This document shows positions 11,384 through 24,499 of a stretch of DNA of 64,000 nt, one piece after another. The notes below the pieces were generated by a model that saw only the letters and a list, made by a program, of their open reading frames with translations, searched no databases and had not been told where the DNA came from. Both the position numbers and the translations under genes were made by a program. Origin of the DNA: Cyanophora paradoxa CCMP329 (taxonomy: Eukaryota > Plantae > Glaucophyta); contig QPMI01000482.1 of NCBI GenBank assembly GCA_004431415.1, forward strand, positions 470,169 to 534,168, written 5' to 3'. Every line of letters starts with the position of its first letter. Within the stretch, counting starts at the first letter, position 1.

Positions 11384-13751
11384 ATGTCGGGGGCTCCAGC
11401 GGCGCCCGCCGCGCCGCCCGCGGGCGTGCCCTACATCGGGTCGCGCATTTCGCTCATCAGCAAGTCCGAAATTCGGTACGAGGGCATCCTGTATACGATT
11501 GACAAGCAGGAGAGCACCGTCGCCCTCGCCAATGGTGCGTCACGGTCTCATGCATCGATCGATCGGAACGCTTCGCCAGTCTCGCGACCCGTTGGCTGAC
11601 CGCGCTGTGCCATCACCCAGTCCACTCGTTCGGCACGGAAGGCCGGCGGAAGGAGGGGCCCCAAGTCCCACCCTCGAACGATACGTATGACTACATCATC
11701 TTTCGGGGTTCGGATATCAAGGACCTGCACGTCTGCGAGGCCGCGCCAACACCGCCAGTTCCATCGGCTCTGCCGGCGAACGACCCGGCCATCATCAACG
11801 TTCGTGCACCTGCCACTTTGTCTTTGCTTTCACCCAGTTCCACTTCTTCGTGCCGTCGGCGGCGCATTAGCATCTCGAACTGTCCATGTTGCCCACTCGT
11901 CGCTCGCGTCGCCACTTCCTGTTCCGTTTGCTGATCTCGCTCTTTGTCTTCCAGAATCCGCAGGCACAGCCAGGCCAACAGGGCGGCGCGCAGCAGCCGA
12001 TGCCGCCTCCCTACAATGCGTTCGGACCCAACCCGTATGGCGGAGGCATGATGCCACCGTATCCTGGATTCCCGCAGCCCGGTTTTCCGCCCTATCCTTT
12101 CATGGGCCCTCCCGGCTCGTACTTCCCTGGGCAGCCTGGTCCCTTCCCGCCACCGGGCGCTCCAGGCGCTCCGCCTCCTGGCGCACCCGGCGGTCCGCCC
12201 CCTGGGCAGCCTGGTGCTGGTGCTCCTCAGGGCCCTCCTTCGGGCCAGATGCCGCCCTCTTCCGGTGCTCAGCCGTCTGCTGGCGCCCCTCGGCCCGGCC
12301 CTCCCCAGCCCTCTGGTCCCGCTCCGGCCGGAGCTCGCCCGGGTCCCCCTCCCAATGCCCAGCAGCCTCCTCGCCCCGTCGGCGCGCCTCAGCCCGCTCC
12401 CCATGCCGGTCGCGGCGGTCCCCAGGCCCCGCAAGGCGCTCCGCAGCAGGCGGGCCGCGGCCGTGGCGGCCCCGGCCCGGCTCCTCAGCCGCAGCAGAAC
12501 CAGAACCGCCCGCCCGCGAACTACGCTGCCGCCGTTGGCGGTGCGCTCCTGTCTGCCACCGTCGCGATCCGCAATGGTAGTTGACGGCATCGTGCGCAGG
12601 GGCGAAGCCGGCGCAACCCAGCGCTAACCCTCCTTTGATCCCCATTGGCGGTGCTCCTGGCGTTCTTCCGATCGGGTTCGCCGTCTTGCCCTTTCTCCGC
12701 GCTGTCCCTGTCTCCGCGCTGTCCCTTTCCTGAACTTCGCTCCCAGCAACGTTGTCGAGTACCAAGGGCAGGCCGGTGGTCGCGGTGGCTTCCGCGGTGG
12801 CCGCGGTGGAAACGGCGGTGCCCCGAACGGAGGGCGCGGCGGCCAGCAGGGCGGCCGCGGCGGTCCCATGGGCGGCGCCGGCGGCCGTGGCGGCGGCCCT
12901 CCGGGCGGTGGTGCGCCTCTTGCATCGCCCCGCGCCTCTTTTTTTGATTTGCCGCTCCACAGGCCGCGCGTTCGGCCCGGGCGGCGCCCCCGCCGTCCCG
13001 ACCAAGCTGGAGGAGTTCAACTTCGAGGAGGCGAACGCCCGCTTCAAGAAGGACGAGCTCGGCGCCGAGATCCTCGTGCGCCCGCCCCGTTTTCTCTCTC
13101 CGGAAACGCGCGTGTGTCCGACGCGCCGTCTCTGCAGCACAAGCCGGTCGAGGAGGAGGTCCCCGAGGACGGCGGCGCCGAGGACGCCTCCAAGGTCCCC
13201 CGCCCTCGCTGCCCGGCCCCCGTCGTCCCGCCACGCCGCCCAACCTCACCGCCGTCGCGCAGTCCAAGTCTTCCGTCGCGTACAACAAGAGCAAGTCGTT
13301 CTTCGACGAGATTTCGTGCGAGGCTCTCGAGCGCCAGCTCGACGCCGGCGGCCGGTGAGCAGGCTCCGACCTGGAGCGAGGGCCTCTCTATCTTTTTTGC
13401 GTTCCTGATCGTGTTCTGCGGGGGCAGTCCCATGCGGCAGATGCAGGAGCAGCGCAAGATCGACCTGGAGACCTTCGGCTCCCTCTCCCTGGGCCGTGGT
13501 CGCGGCCGCGGCCGGTGCGCGGCGTTCTTTTGCTACGCTTTCGTTCCATTCTTCTTTTCTGAACAGGAGGTCAGGTACCACCACCGCGGCGGCCACCGCG
13601 GCGGCTACGGGCGGCCGCAGGGCGATCAGAATCGCTCCGGCGGCGGCGGCCGCGGCGGCATGCCGGTTCGCGCTTCTTGCTTTTTCCTTTTCTTCCGCTT
13701 TTCTTACCTTCGTGTCCTTAGTCCGGCCCGGCGGCGGCGGCCAAGGCCTGA
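11384..13751 (+). CDS. LSM14: LSM14/Scd6/RAP55/DCP5 mRNA decapping and P-body protein
   Basis: LSm14 domain [25 protein letters not shown]...[10 protein letters not shown]...[16 protein letters not shown], a Pro/Gln-rich linker and RGG repeats. FDF-like motif ([14 protein letters not shown]), FFD motif ([14 protein letters not shown]) and TFG motif ([10 protein letters not shown]) are all present. Confidence 0.95.
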
Positions 13752-14357
13752 TGCGACTCTAATAGACCAGGACTGCAGAACATCTAATGCCCCTCTGTCT
13801 CGACCCACACTCTGTCCATATGCTGAAGATTACCCTGGTCTGACGCCCCTTGTTTTTGCCGAGGGCCGCCCGATTGGCGTTGTCCGCGCCGAAGCCGTGC
13901 CCTTTCATTCGAAGTACAAGACGGCTAAGATTGCTACTAACGTTGCTATCAGCGATACGACCATAGATACGCCCGATAAAAAGTGCCAGAGTCGGGCTCC
14001 AATCCAAGTCACTGCAGCTGAGTGCCATATCTACCACGACCGTCGGACTGCAGCTGCCAACTGTGAAGCTCAGGATCTGTGCGCTTGCAATTGCGTTCGA
14101 ATTTCAATTGGAAGCAAGGCGGCCGTGAATTGCGAGCTCTAGAGATAGCCGGCAAAAGACAAGCGGCAAAGGCCATCGGCCGCCATCTCTGCAGCCATCA
14201 AATCCAGGGGGTACAACCGTTCGCGCTTCTGTAGCAGCAGCTCGCGCTCCATCAATCTCGCGGCGGCTTGGTCCAACGCAACAGCAGCGAGGTTGGAGGC
14301 GCAAGCTTGGCGTGTGGCGGCGGAAGCCAAGGGCGGAAGCCAAGCCAAGCCGAAGTC

Positions 14358-17142
14358 ATGCTGGAAATCGAAGGCAAGTCCTCTACGGCGTTCCTCTAGA
14401 CTATTCCCTTTCTTTCGCAGCCCCGCTTGAGCTCTGACGCGACTCTGTCCATTCCCAATCTGGATCCGTAGGAGAGCTGCCCACGGTCCGTTCTTGCCAG
14501 GCTCCTGCGCATTGGCCTATTTGCTAACGCTGTTTCTTCTTCCTACAGTTCGATCCCAATCAGCGGATCAACGTGCTGGTCGTTGACGACCAAGGTGTGC
14601 CTGCCCTCATTCGCCGCTTTCCTGCCGCCACTCTTCTCTGCTAACCTGCCGGCTCACACAGGCGTTGACCGCGTACGTCCCTGCGCCCCCCGCCAGTCCC
14701 CCCGCGAGCACGAGTCGGGCGGCGATTGAGGAAGCTCCCTAAGCTCACGAGGCCGCCGACGCAGATGATTGTGGAGAACTTGCTACGAAAGTGCAACTGT
14801 CAATGCAAAGGTCTTCGCCGCCCCGCCTGCGGCGCGCTAGCCCGGGGCCCTTGTGACGTCCGATTACGTAGTGACGCTCGCTGAGAGCGGGCGGAGAGCG
14901 CTGGAGATCCTGGATGATGCCAGTAACAAGTTCGAGCTCATCTTGTCAGACGTCCAAATGCCAGGCCAGGTGGGCGGCTGGGAACTTTTGGAGTCCATCA
15001 AGAAGAGCGCCGCGCACCGAAACATCCCCGTCGTCAGTGCGCAGCACTTCTTTTTCGTGATATGAGCATTTCGCGAAGCGGCGCGCTGACCCTGCCGCCG
15101 CAGTGATGTCTGCCAACGACAGCGTTGAAGCGAAGGAGAAGTTCTTGCGTGCAGGCGCAGAGGAGTACGTGGCCAAGCCGATTCGCATGGATAGGATGCA
15201 GAAGCTCCTGTACCGTGTCTGGAAGAACCGCGAAAGGCAATCCGTGGTTGTCGACACGAAGAGCACCACCCCTGCGAACCGTTCGTTCTTTGCTTAGCCA
15301 CACGCCCCCGCGCTCCTCTTTTGAGCTGACGTGCGCTATCAGAGGCGGCAGGAAGCGGCGCTGCGGCAGCTGTGCCTGAGGGTCCCGGGCCGATCCAGGT
15401 CCTGGTCGTGGACGATGAGAAGGTCGATCGGCTTGTAGTGGAGAAGCTCCTGAACAAGTGCTCGATGCCGGCGAAGGGTTCGCCGCGCTCGCTCGCGCTC
15501 GCGCGCGACGCGTCTCACGCCTCCCCGCGCAGTGACGCTCGCCAAGAACGGGCACCAGGCGCTCGAGCTGCTGAACGAAGGCAGCATCAAGTTCGATCTC
15601 GTGAGCTCGTGCTGCTCCGCCTCGCCGGCGCGTGCGCGAGCGCCCGGGGCGGGGGCTCACCGCGCCGCAGGTCCTCTCCGACGTCGTGATGCCGGGCCAG
15701 TTCGACGGCTTCGAGCTGCTGCAGGCGATCAAGCGCTCCGCCCAGCTCAAGGACATCCCCGTCATCAGTGCGACGCTGCGCCACCGCCCTCGCCCCCGCC
15801 TCGGCCGACGGGAGCGCGCGGCGCGGCGCAGTGATGTCGGCGAACGACGGGCAGGGCGTCTCCGACATGTTCGTCAACGCGGGCGCCTCGGACTACCTGC
15901 CGAAGCCGCTGCGCATGGGCCAGGTGGAGGAGGTGCTCTCCCGGTTCTACTACCAGAAGGGCGGCAAGGTTGCGGCGGCGCCCCAGAAGGACGAGAAGGC
16001 GGAGGCGGTCGCCTCGGCCATCCCCCAGAAGCCCAACATCGTCCCCGACCCCAGTGCGCCCCGCGCCCCGCGCCCCGCGCCCTCGCCCTCGCCGGGGCGG
16101 CCGCCGAGCCGGGGGCGCAGCCAAGGCGATCGGGGAGTACAACCTCAAGTCGACGATCTGCGAGGGGGCGTTCGGCAAGGTGAAGCTCGCGGTGCACGCC
16201 CCGACGGGAAAGATGGTTGCCATCAAGATCATCAAGATGGACATGATCACCGACGCGAGCGCCAAGGAGCGCACGCTCCGCGAGATCGAGGTCATGCGGA
16301 GCCTGAACCACGACAACATCATCAAGCTCATCGACGTGATCGAGGACACGCGCACCAACACCAGCTACGTCGTCATGGAGTACTATCCGGGTGCGCTCCC
16401 GCCCCGCCCCCCTCCTTTCCTCCCTTCCTCTTTCTGAGGCGGGGCGGGGCGCAGGCGGGGACCTCTTCAACTACATCCGGGAGCACCAGCGGGCGCCGGA
16501 GGAGCGGGCGTGCCGGATGTTCCGCCAGCTCATCTCCGCCGTCGAGTACATCCACTCCCGCGGTCCCCGCCCGCCCCCCTCGCCCCCGCCCCCGCGGGAG
16601 GCCGACGCGGGGGCGCAGGGATCGTGCACAGGGACCTGAAGCCGGAGAACATCCTGCTGGACGCCGACGAGAACCTCAAGCTCATCGACTTCGGCATGTC
16701 CGTGCAGGTCAAGCCCAAGGACATGCTCAAGACCGTCTGCGGCACCCCCGAGTTCTTCGCCCCCGAGATCATCTGGGGCGGCGAGTACTCCGGGCCCCCC
16801 GCCGACATCTGGTCCGCCGGCGTCATCCTGTGCGTGCCCCCTCCGAAGAAGAAGCAGCGCCCGCTGCCGCGCGTCGCGCACCGCCGCGCTCACGACGCGC
16901 CCCCGCGGCAGGTTCGAGCTCGTGTGCGGGTACAACCCCTTCGCCTTCTCCAACGTCTCTGTCGTCTTCTCGCGCATCCTCGCCGGCAAGTACAAGGTCC
17001 CCGACTTCGTCTCCCCGGGTCCGCCCCCTCGCCTCTCTCCCCTCGCTCGCCCTCTGAGCTCGCGCCCGCAGAGTGCGCGTCGCTCATAGTCGAGCCTGGA
17101 GAGGGCCTCCCGGATGGAGCCCAGCTTAGGCTCGTGTCTTAG
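14358..17142 (+). CDS. Two tandem response-regulator receiver (REC) domains fused to a SNF1/CAMK-like Ser/Thr kinase; the kinase C-terminus appears truncated
   Basis: REC1: [13 protein letters not shown]...[11 protein letters not shown]...IPVVMMSA...[12 protein letters not shown]2: [13 protein letters not shown]...[11 protein letters not shown]...IPVIMMSA...GASDYLPKP. Kinase: [53 protein letters not shown]. The start exons (micro-exons 14472-14485 and 14662-14672) are inferred. Confidence 0.88.
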
Positions 17143-17876
17143 TGAGATATCGTAGAACCCGTAACCAGGAACTGTATCTCCTTTATGCAAAATACGCGCT
17201 ATTCGGAGACGGGAGAGCTGCTGCGGGGCTTCTGCGGCCGCTGAACTTCGGAACTTCACGGCAAAACTTGAAATCAATGTACCGTAGTACATGTCGAAGC
17301 CTTGAAGAAGAAGCAGTGGCCGCTGCCGACTCGTCGACTCGCGATCGGGGAATTCTCGTGCAGGCTGCATGCACGTGCACACGCCGCGGGGCATGCATGT
17401 CACAGTGTGTATACGTATGCATAGTGACGTCGACATTTTCGGCATGCTGCGGCCCGGCGGCCGGGGACCGGCCGCGGGGCCGGGTGCAGTCGCTGAGTGC
17501 CGGCGCCGGCCGCGGCAGCACGCGCACCGTACGCGTGGCACGCCGGCGCCGTGCGGATCCGGACGCGTACGTATACAGGTATTCATCTTCGATGGTAAAT
17601 AGATTGCAAAATTGAAATTATCTGTGTAGATTATCACACTATAGCGCATATAGCTAGCACCCAATAAAAAGCGATACGCATATTGTTCGATGAATATACG
17701 TATACATATTTTCAAGTCCAGATGCGTCGACTTCGAGCAAAGCAAATTAAAGACTGTTCAAGGGGAAATGAGAAACACTCCGTCGGATGTGGGTCTTTGG
17801 TTAAAACGTTCCGGGATCTGCAAGTGACTACAATAATTTCACTAGTACTATTTGAAATGGCATAAGTAGTCTGCAG

Positions 17877-18951
17877 CTACAGTAAAACGTGCTCCCCATG
17901 CGAGGTTACAAGAAGTCCAAGCGGGGGAGAGAATTCGAAGTGGGGGGGAAGGTAGCATAGGGGAGCGAAGAACCGAATTAAGGCGGGGAAATCGGTCGCA
18001 TCGAGGAGTGAAATTTTGAAGGGGTGCGGAGAAAGTCGTGTAATTATAGTATGTACGAATATCCCGAACAGGTATACGTATGCTACCGAATAAGGGCGAA
18101 AGATCCGCTCATGAAGCTCCCAATCACGCCGTCGGCCGCGGCTGCGCATGCGAAAGCGGCTGTCAGTCGGAGAGTTGCAAGCCGAACCCCGGGGGGCGTC
18201 AGACGCGAACGGGAGCTCACCCGGGGGCACGCCGTGCAGGGCGCACAGGGACGGGGAGGCCGAGCAGGTGCAGGGGGCGAGGGCCGCGTGCGCCGGGGCG
18301 GCGGGTGCGGCGGCCGGCAGGGCGATGGGGGGCACGCCGGGGGCCTGCAGGGCGCCGGCGGTGGGGGAGATGTGGGGCGAGGGGGAGCGCGAGGTGAGGG
18401 GCGAGGGGGAGAGGAGCCCTTCGATGGAGGAGGAGCCCGGGGTGGCCCGCCGCCCCGCCATCGGGAGGCTGAAGATCGGCGGCGACAGCGGCGACGGCGC
18501 GCTCGAGAGCCCCGGGCTCACCTCCGGCCCCGGCACCGGCGCCGCCGCCGCGTGCGCCGACTCCGCCAGCGGCGGGGCCCACAGGCGGGCCACCGGGGAG
18601 TGGGCGCCCCGCAGGAGGGGCCGGATGCGGTTGGCCGAGCAGAGGAAGCAGAGCTCGACCTGAGCGCCGGCCGCGCCAGCGGAGAGGTTCGCCGTGGGGA
18701 CGGCGGCCCCGTGGGCGCAGTCGGGGCCGTGCTGCAGGGGGCTCTTGAGGGAGAGGCGCGCCGCCGAGTGCCGGATGAGCGAGGCCGCGATCTTCTCCGC
18801 GCGCGAGCGCTCGGCCTTGCCGATGGACGCCCGCGGAGAGAGCGACAGGGAGCCGCGGGCGGTCGAGCGCGAGCTCGGGCCGGGCGCTGGCGCCGCTGCC
18901 GCCGCCTTCTCGGGCCGCCCGCAGCGGCCGCGGTGCTTCGCGCCGTCCATG
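17877..18951 (-). CDS. Hypothetical intronless Ser/Pro/Ala-rich protein
   Basis: Long uninterrupted ORF (MDGAKHRGRCG...) with coding-like high GC and no recognisable domain. The 3' end is uncertain because base composition drops at about 18080. Confidence 0.4.
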
Positions 18952-20007
18952 GAACTCGATCGTCGTCTATCACCCTCCATAGACGGCAACAACAGTAGCG
19001 CAGGCAATACCGGCTGCGCGGCTCGCCAGTCAGCGGGAGCCGTTTTTAGGCGCTCGGCTGGCCCCGTAGCCTCTCGGGCACACGCACCAGCGGTATGCGC
19101 AGGCTAGGGAAAGCTAAGTGGTTCTCCAGCGCAAGTGGTTGGAATTGGCGACGGACTAAGGAAGGGGAACTCGCTCCTGTAATCGATTTCGAGAGGAATC
19201 TGGACGCGTACAACCACTTCAGGCGTCTTGTATCTTTCCGCAGAATGCAAGGATCTTTCTGCGCTTGCCGGCCGGCGCCGAGGTGCACACCGCGCTGGAT
19301 CTAGATATCGGTATCGCGCGCGCGCTGCTCGCCGCAGACTGCAGCTCACTTAGGCCTGGTGTGATGGGATCGCAACGCGCTCGCTGTACTTGTGGCCCAA
19401 GTTGTGGGCTATCCGTACGGGCTCTAGCGCGGTGACCGCGCGGCTTAGCGCAGGCGCGCTTGCTTGGAAGCGCTGTACCCGTCCAGCAGACTTGGCTGAC
19501 ACGAGGCCCAGCATGCGCGGCCCCGAAGCTAGCGCTGTCTCGATCGCGAACGAGCCAGCGTTCGATTCCCGCCGGCGCCAGGCCGCTCAAGCGCGCCGCA
19601 AATTGAGAGCGCTGCGGCGCGCGGATCGAGCTCGAGCTCGAGCACCATGCGCTGCTTGATGCGCGAGCGCACCAAGTTAACAGCCCTGCAACTGCTAAGA
19701 TCTAGAGCTCGAGCCCTGCGTAGCTAAGGTAGCTATAGCTAGCTATGTAGGCTGTCAGCTGCAGGCTGCGTTAGCGTTCGAATTCGCTCGCCGCGAATCG
19801 AACAGCGTCACTCCTAGTGCAGCTGCCGCGCGCGGCCGGCGCTCGCCGCGGCGCCGGCGCTGTCGGCGGGGCGGCGCCGGCCGCGGGGGCGTCGACGTCC
19901 CGCTGAGCGCGGCCGTGCGCATCTTAACTAAACATGCACACACAATTGCAAGACTGCATGAACTACGATGCGCGAGCTCGAGGAGATCCAGAGCTGCGCA
20001 CGCGCAT

Positions 20008-23000
20008 CTAGATCTGAACTGGGAGGTCTAGAGCTTCGGGAGGTTCGCGATAGTTCTTCAGGGCCCACGCCTTCGCCTTGCCCCTGTGCGTCTCGTACAA
20101 GAGCGGGAGCGTGATCTGGACGCGCGTCAGCGAGCGGGATCCGGAGTCGCCTCGTGGGACGCGCGGGGCGGCGCCGCACGCGCACCGGAACGTAGTCGTC
20201 GGCCCAGTACTCTTCCCCGTAGTCGAGCAGGAGCTGCGCCCTCGCTGGTCAGGCCTGGTTTGCGGCCCCGGGCCCTGGAATCCGATGGGCGCACCTGCTC
20301 GCCCTCCTCGATGTCCCGAGTGGCGAGGAACCTGCAGGGGGGCCGGCGCTCAAGGGAAGGAGAGGGGGGTGTTCGAAGAAGAGGCGCGCGCGCACACGAT
20401 GAGGGGCCAGCGGTCGTGGAGGACCTCCACCGGCTCCACGTTCGCCTCTCTGCGGGGGCATCACCGCGCTGCGCAGGAGCGGGCGCCCGAGGCGGCCGGG
20501 CGAGGGCCGCCGCTGCGGCCGCACCGCTTCTTCTGGGAGCGCCTGCCGCGCAGAAGAAATCAAAGCCGTCAGCGCGAGGGCTGGGGGACTGGAAGGCACC
20601 CGGGGAGGCGGGGGGGCGGGGGGGAGGGGGGGTGGAGGGGGGGAGGGGGGGGGAGCGGAGGGGGTGGGATGGGGCGGTAGGGGGGCCACCTGGAGCGGGG
20701 GTCGTTGATGAGTGCGAGCAGGCCGCGCTCCTCGTACCCGTCGAACCAGAGCTTAGCCCGGGAAGCGCCCCCGCCCGCCGCTGCCGGCCGGCCGGCCGCG
20801 CGGCCCCCGCGGATGCGGTTCGGTCGCTTCCCCTGCTTCGCTTCTGCCTTCGCGGCGCTGATTCCCACGTCGAAGGCGTACCTGGCGCGGGCCGCCCGTC
20901 AACGGGGCGCGCAGGCGCGCGAGGGCCTGCGCGGGGGCGGGCGGCGCGGGGCGCGCCTGGCCTGCTTGTGGCGCCTGAGGGCCTCCTCGTGGTCGCAGTC
21001 CTCCTCGTCGCGCTCCAGCCCGCCCAGCCTGCCCTCCGCCCCTCAGGGAGGGAGTGCGCGGCAGCCGCCGGGCCGCGCCGGGCCGCGCCCCTCACCTCAG
21101 CACCCCCGCGTAGAGTCCGATGACTTCCCCCGCCCGGATGCTGACGCGGCCGCGGGAGCCCGGGGGCGCCCTCCTGGCGAAGAGGCCAAAGCTCGCCTGA
21201 AGGGGGTCGTAGGCCGGGTCCAGCGTGTCCCGTATGCGCCCGATCTGAGGCGAGGGCCGCCCGGTGAGCCGCCGCGGGGCGCCGCAGGGAGGGGCTCGGG
21301 GGGGCACCAGGATCTGGGCGTGCTCCGCGAACCCCCGCCGCTTGAACGCCCTGTGCGGCGCTCAGGCGCCGGCCGGCGAGCTCGGGCCCGGGCGGAGCGC
21401 TCACTTGAGGGCTTCCTCGAGGGACGCGCGCGATTCGTGGCCGATGTCGCGCAGGAACTGCCCCGCCCCCCAGGCCCCGTCAGGCGCGGGCCGGCCCGGC
21501 CCGGAGGGCCCCGCGCGCCGGCGCGCGCACGGCGGCGTCCAGCGGGCGGCACCAGAAGGCGGCGGGCGGGGGCCGGGGCGGCCCCTCGCCGCCTCGGCCG
21601 CGTCGAGCTCGGCCAGCCGCCTCTGCACCTCCCTCTCGACGGCCTCCGCCTTCCCCGCCTCCGCCCGCATCTGCCGCCGCGTCGGCCGGGCGAGGGCGCG
21701 CGGGCGGCAGGCTCGGCCGGCGCCGGAGGCGCACGCACCCTCCAGCTCGCGGGTCCCACTTTGAGGGGCCTCAGCGCGACCTGCGACAGCTCGGCGCCCA
21801 CGCCCCGCGCGGCCGCCGCCACGACCGCGTCCCAGCCGCACGGCTCGAACGGGGCGCCGGGGGCGTCGCCCTGGGACCAGCCGAGGACCTCGGGGTCGAC
21901 GAGGTGGCGCCGGGCGAGGGCGCGGTGCCACCAGGCGGGGCGCTCCTGCCCCTGCCCCGGCCGCCCGCGGGACGCCGAGGCGGGGGACGAGGAGGAGCGC
22001 GAGGAGGAGGAGGAGGCGGACCCCCGGGAGGAGGCGGCGGCGGCGGCGGCGGATTCGCCGCCCTGGGCGCCTGCCCCGTGGTGGCGTGGGGCCCGGGCTG
22101 CTGCATGTCCGCCGGCCGGCTGGGGCGCTCGGCCGGCTTGGCGGGGCGGCGCCGCGGAGGCGGGCTCGCCTCGGGGGAGGACGAGGGGGCCTTCCGAGGG
22201 GCTCGGGGAGGGCGAGCTCCCCGCCCGCCGCCGCCGCCGCCGCTTCGTCTCGCGGTAGTCGACGCCCCTCGCGTCCTCCCGCTTCCAGCGCGCCCCCGCC
22301 GGTGCCTCGGGAGCGGCCGGCGGCCGCGCCGGCCTCCGCTGTGGGGCGGGAGACTCCGCCGCGGCGGGGCCGGGCCGCGAGGGCGAGGCCGGAGCCGATG
22401 GGCCAGAGACGGGGAGAGCGGTCGGGAGGGAAGAAGGCCCAGGGGAAGGTCCGGAGGGGGGCGGGGGGCTGGCCCTGGGCCTGGCGAGCCCGGGGGCGCC
22501 GCCGGGGGCGCCCGCCCGGGACGAAGATTCGGGCGGAAGAGGGAGGAGATGAGACGGCCGAGCAGGCGCGGGAGGAGGGGCGGGCGCAGCCGGAGCGGGC
22601 GGCTCGGAGGGGCTCGACGCGGAGGCCGGAGCGGGCTCCAGCGCGGGAAGGGCAGGGGCGGCGGGGGCGGCTGGGCGGCGCCGGGGCGCTCCTCGCGCGG
22701 CCCCTGCGGCGCTTGGCGGGGCCCCCGACTCGAGAGGGGCCGGCGGGCCGGCGCCTGGGACGCGGGGAGGCTGGCCCGGAGGCCCGGCACCCAGAACGCG
22801 GCGAGGGAGCCGGCGGCTGGGGCGGGGGCCGAGGGTCGGGGCGGCCTCGGCGGGGCGACGCGGCGGGGCCGGGGCGGGCCCGCCCGCCCTCCTCCTCCCC
22901 GTCCTCGCCGATCTCGACCACCTCGACGCCGGGCGGCGGCGGGGCGCGGGGCGTGCGGCAGGCCGCGGGCGGCGGCGCGGTGGGCGGAGAGGCGTCGGAC

Positions 23001-24499
23001 GAGGCCTCCTGCGCGGCGATCATGCGCCGCGCGAGCTCCAGCGGCGTCTCGAAGACGGGGAGGGGGTCCCCCGCCCGCCGCCGCCGGCGCCGGCGCCGGC
23101 GCCGGCGCCCTCGAGGTCGGGGGCCCGCGAGCGCAGCGCGGGGTCCGCGCCGGCCTCCAGCAGCGCCTCCACCGCCTCCCCCGCCCCAGATACACCGCCC
23201 TGCGGGACGCGCGCCGCCCCGGCCCCGCCTGGCTCGGTCCGGGGTGCCGGCTCGAGAGCGGGCGGGCGCGCGGGCGGGGGCGCACAGGCCGAGGGGCCGG
23301 AGGAAGGGCGGCCCGGGGAGCTCCGTGTTGACGGCCCTGGCGCGGCAGGGCCGCAGGAAGAGCCCGCCGTCCCACACGTCCCTCCTCTGCGGGCGGCGCT
23401 GCCGTCAGAGGGCGGGCCGGACGGAGGCGGGGGGACGGCGCCTGCCTCGGCCTCGGGCTCGGCGTTGAGGCGGCCGTCCTTCAGAACGCGCCTGCCGCCG
23501 CGGTGCCTCAGCGCGGGCGGCCCCGGAGCGAGGCGGCGAGGGGCGGGGCGGACTCCCTGTAGGCGCGGAGCTGGGTCTCGTCGACGCCGCCCTCGGGGTC
23601 GCAGAAGCCGAGGCTCCGCAGCACGTCCGCCCGCGTCCCCTCCGCCACCGCCCGCTGGTACGGCAGCAGTTCCCCCAGCCCCGCCACCGGCGGCTGCCCC
23701 CCGGGGCCGTGCGTCAGCGGCGGGCGGGCGGGCGGGCGCGGCGGAGGGCGGGGCGCACGCAGCGGGCGAGCCGGTCGCCGGCGGGAATGCGCCCCTTCCA
23801 CTTGGCCTTGGGCCCCGGGGCGCCCGCCAGCGCCGCCTCCGCCCGCCGCAGCGCCGCCAGCGCCTGCCGTGCGAGCTCCAGCACGCTCTCGTCGGCCCGC
23901 GCGCCATTAAACTGCCGCCCCGCCGGTCGGTCGGTCAGCGGGGCGGCGCGGGGCGGGGGGCGGGCTCGCCAGGAGGAGGCGGGCGGCGAGCGGGTCGGCC
24001 CTGGAGGCGGCGAGGTGGAGCGCCGTCCTCCCGGTCCTGTCCGCCGCGGCGAGGTCCGCCGGCGAGCAGCCTCGCAACAGAGCGCGCAGGGCGTGGCGGG
24101 CGGGGTCGTGGGGCCGGGCGGCGACGGCGTGGTGCAGGGCGGTGCGGCCCTCGGCGTCGGGCAGGCCCCGCGAGGCGCCCCGCTCCAGCAGCGCCCGCAC
24201 CGCCCCCGCCTTCCCGCACGACGCCGCCGCCCGCACCGCCGCCCCCGTGCCCCCGCAGTCCGCGTCCGCCCCCGCCTCCAGCTTCGCGCTGCGCGCCGGC
24301 CGCGCGGTTAGCGTCGCGGCGGCGGTAGGGTCCGGAGGCGGCGCGGACTGGCGCGCCAGACGTCTTCGATTGCTCCCGTGCGGCAGGCCTTGACGAGCTC
24401 ACTCTCGAGGTCCGCGCCCCCGAGCGCGGCGGCCGGCGGCGGCGCGGCGCCCCCGATCCAGCCCGCGTGGTTCCCCAGCGCAACGAGCGCCATTTCCAT
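20008..24499 (-). CDS. Ankyrin-repeat + SET-domain protein (putative lysine methyltransferase), paralog A
   Basis: Ankyrin motifs GAVRALLERGA...DAEGRTALHHA, DRTGRTALHLAA, AVEALLEAGADP and ETPLELA. SET motifs FGLFARR...IRAGEVIGLYAGVL, GLLALINDPR, FLATRDIEEGEQ|LLLDYGEEYW. The last exon reads ITLPLLYETHRGKAKAWALK...QI*. Confidence 0.82.

Noticed and set aside
14358-16000. Bacterial contamination or an operon suggested by REC and TIR domains
   Set aside because: Both genes are split by many spliceosomal introns of the same style as neighbouring core eukaryotic genes.
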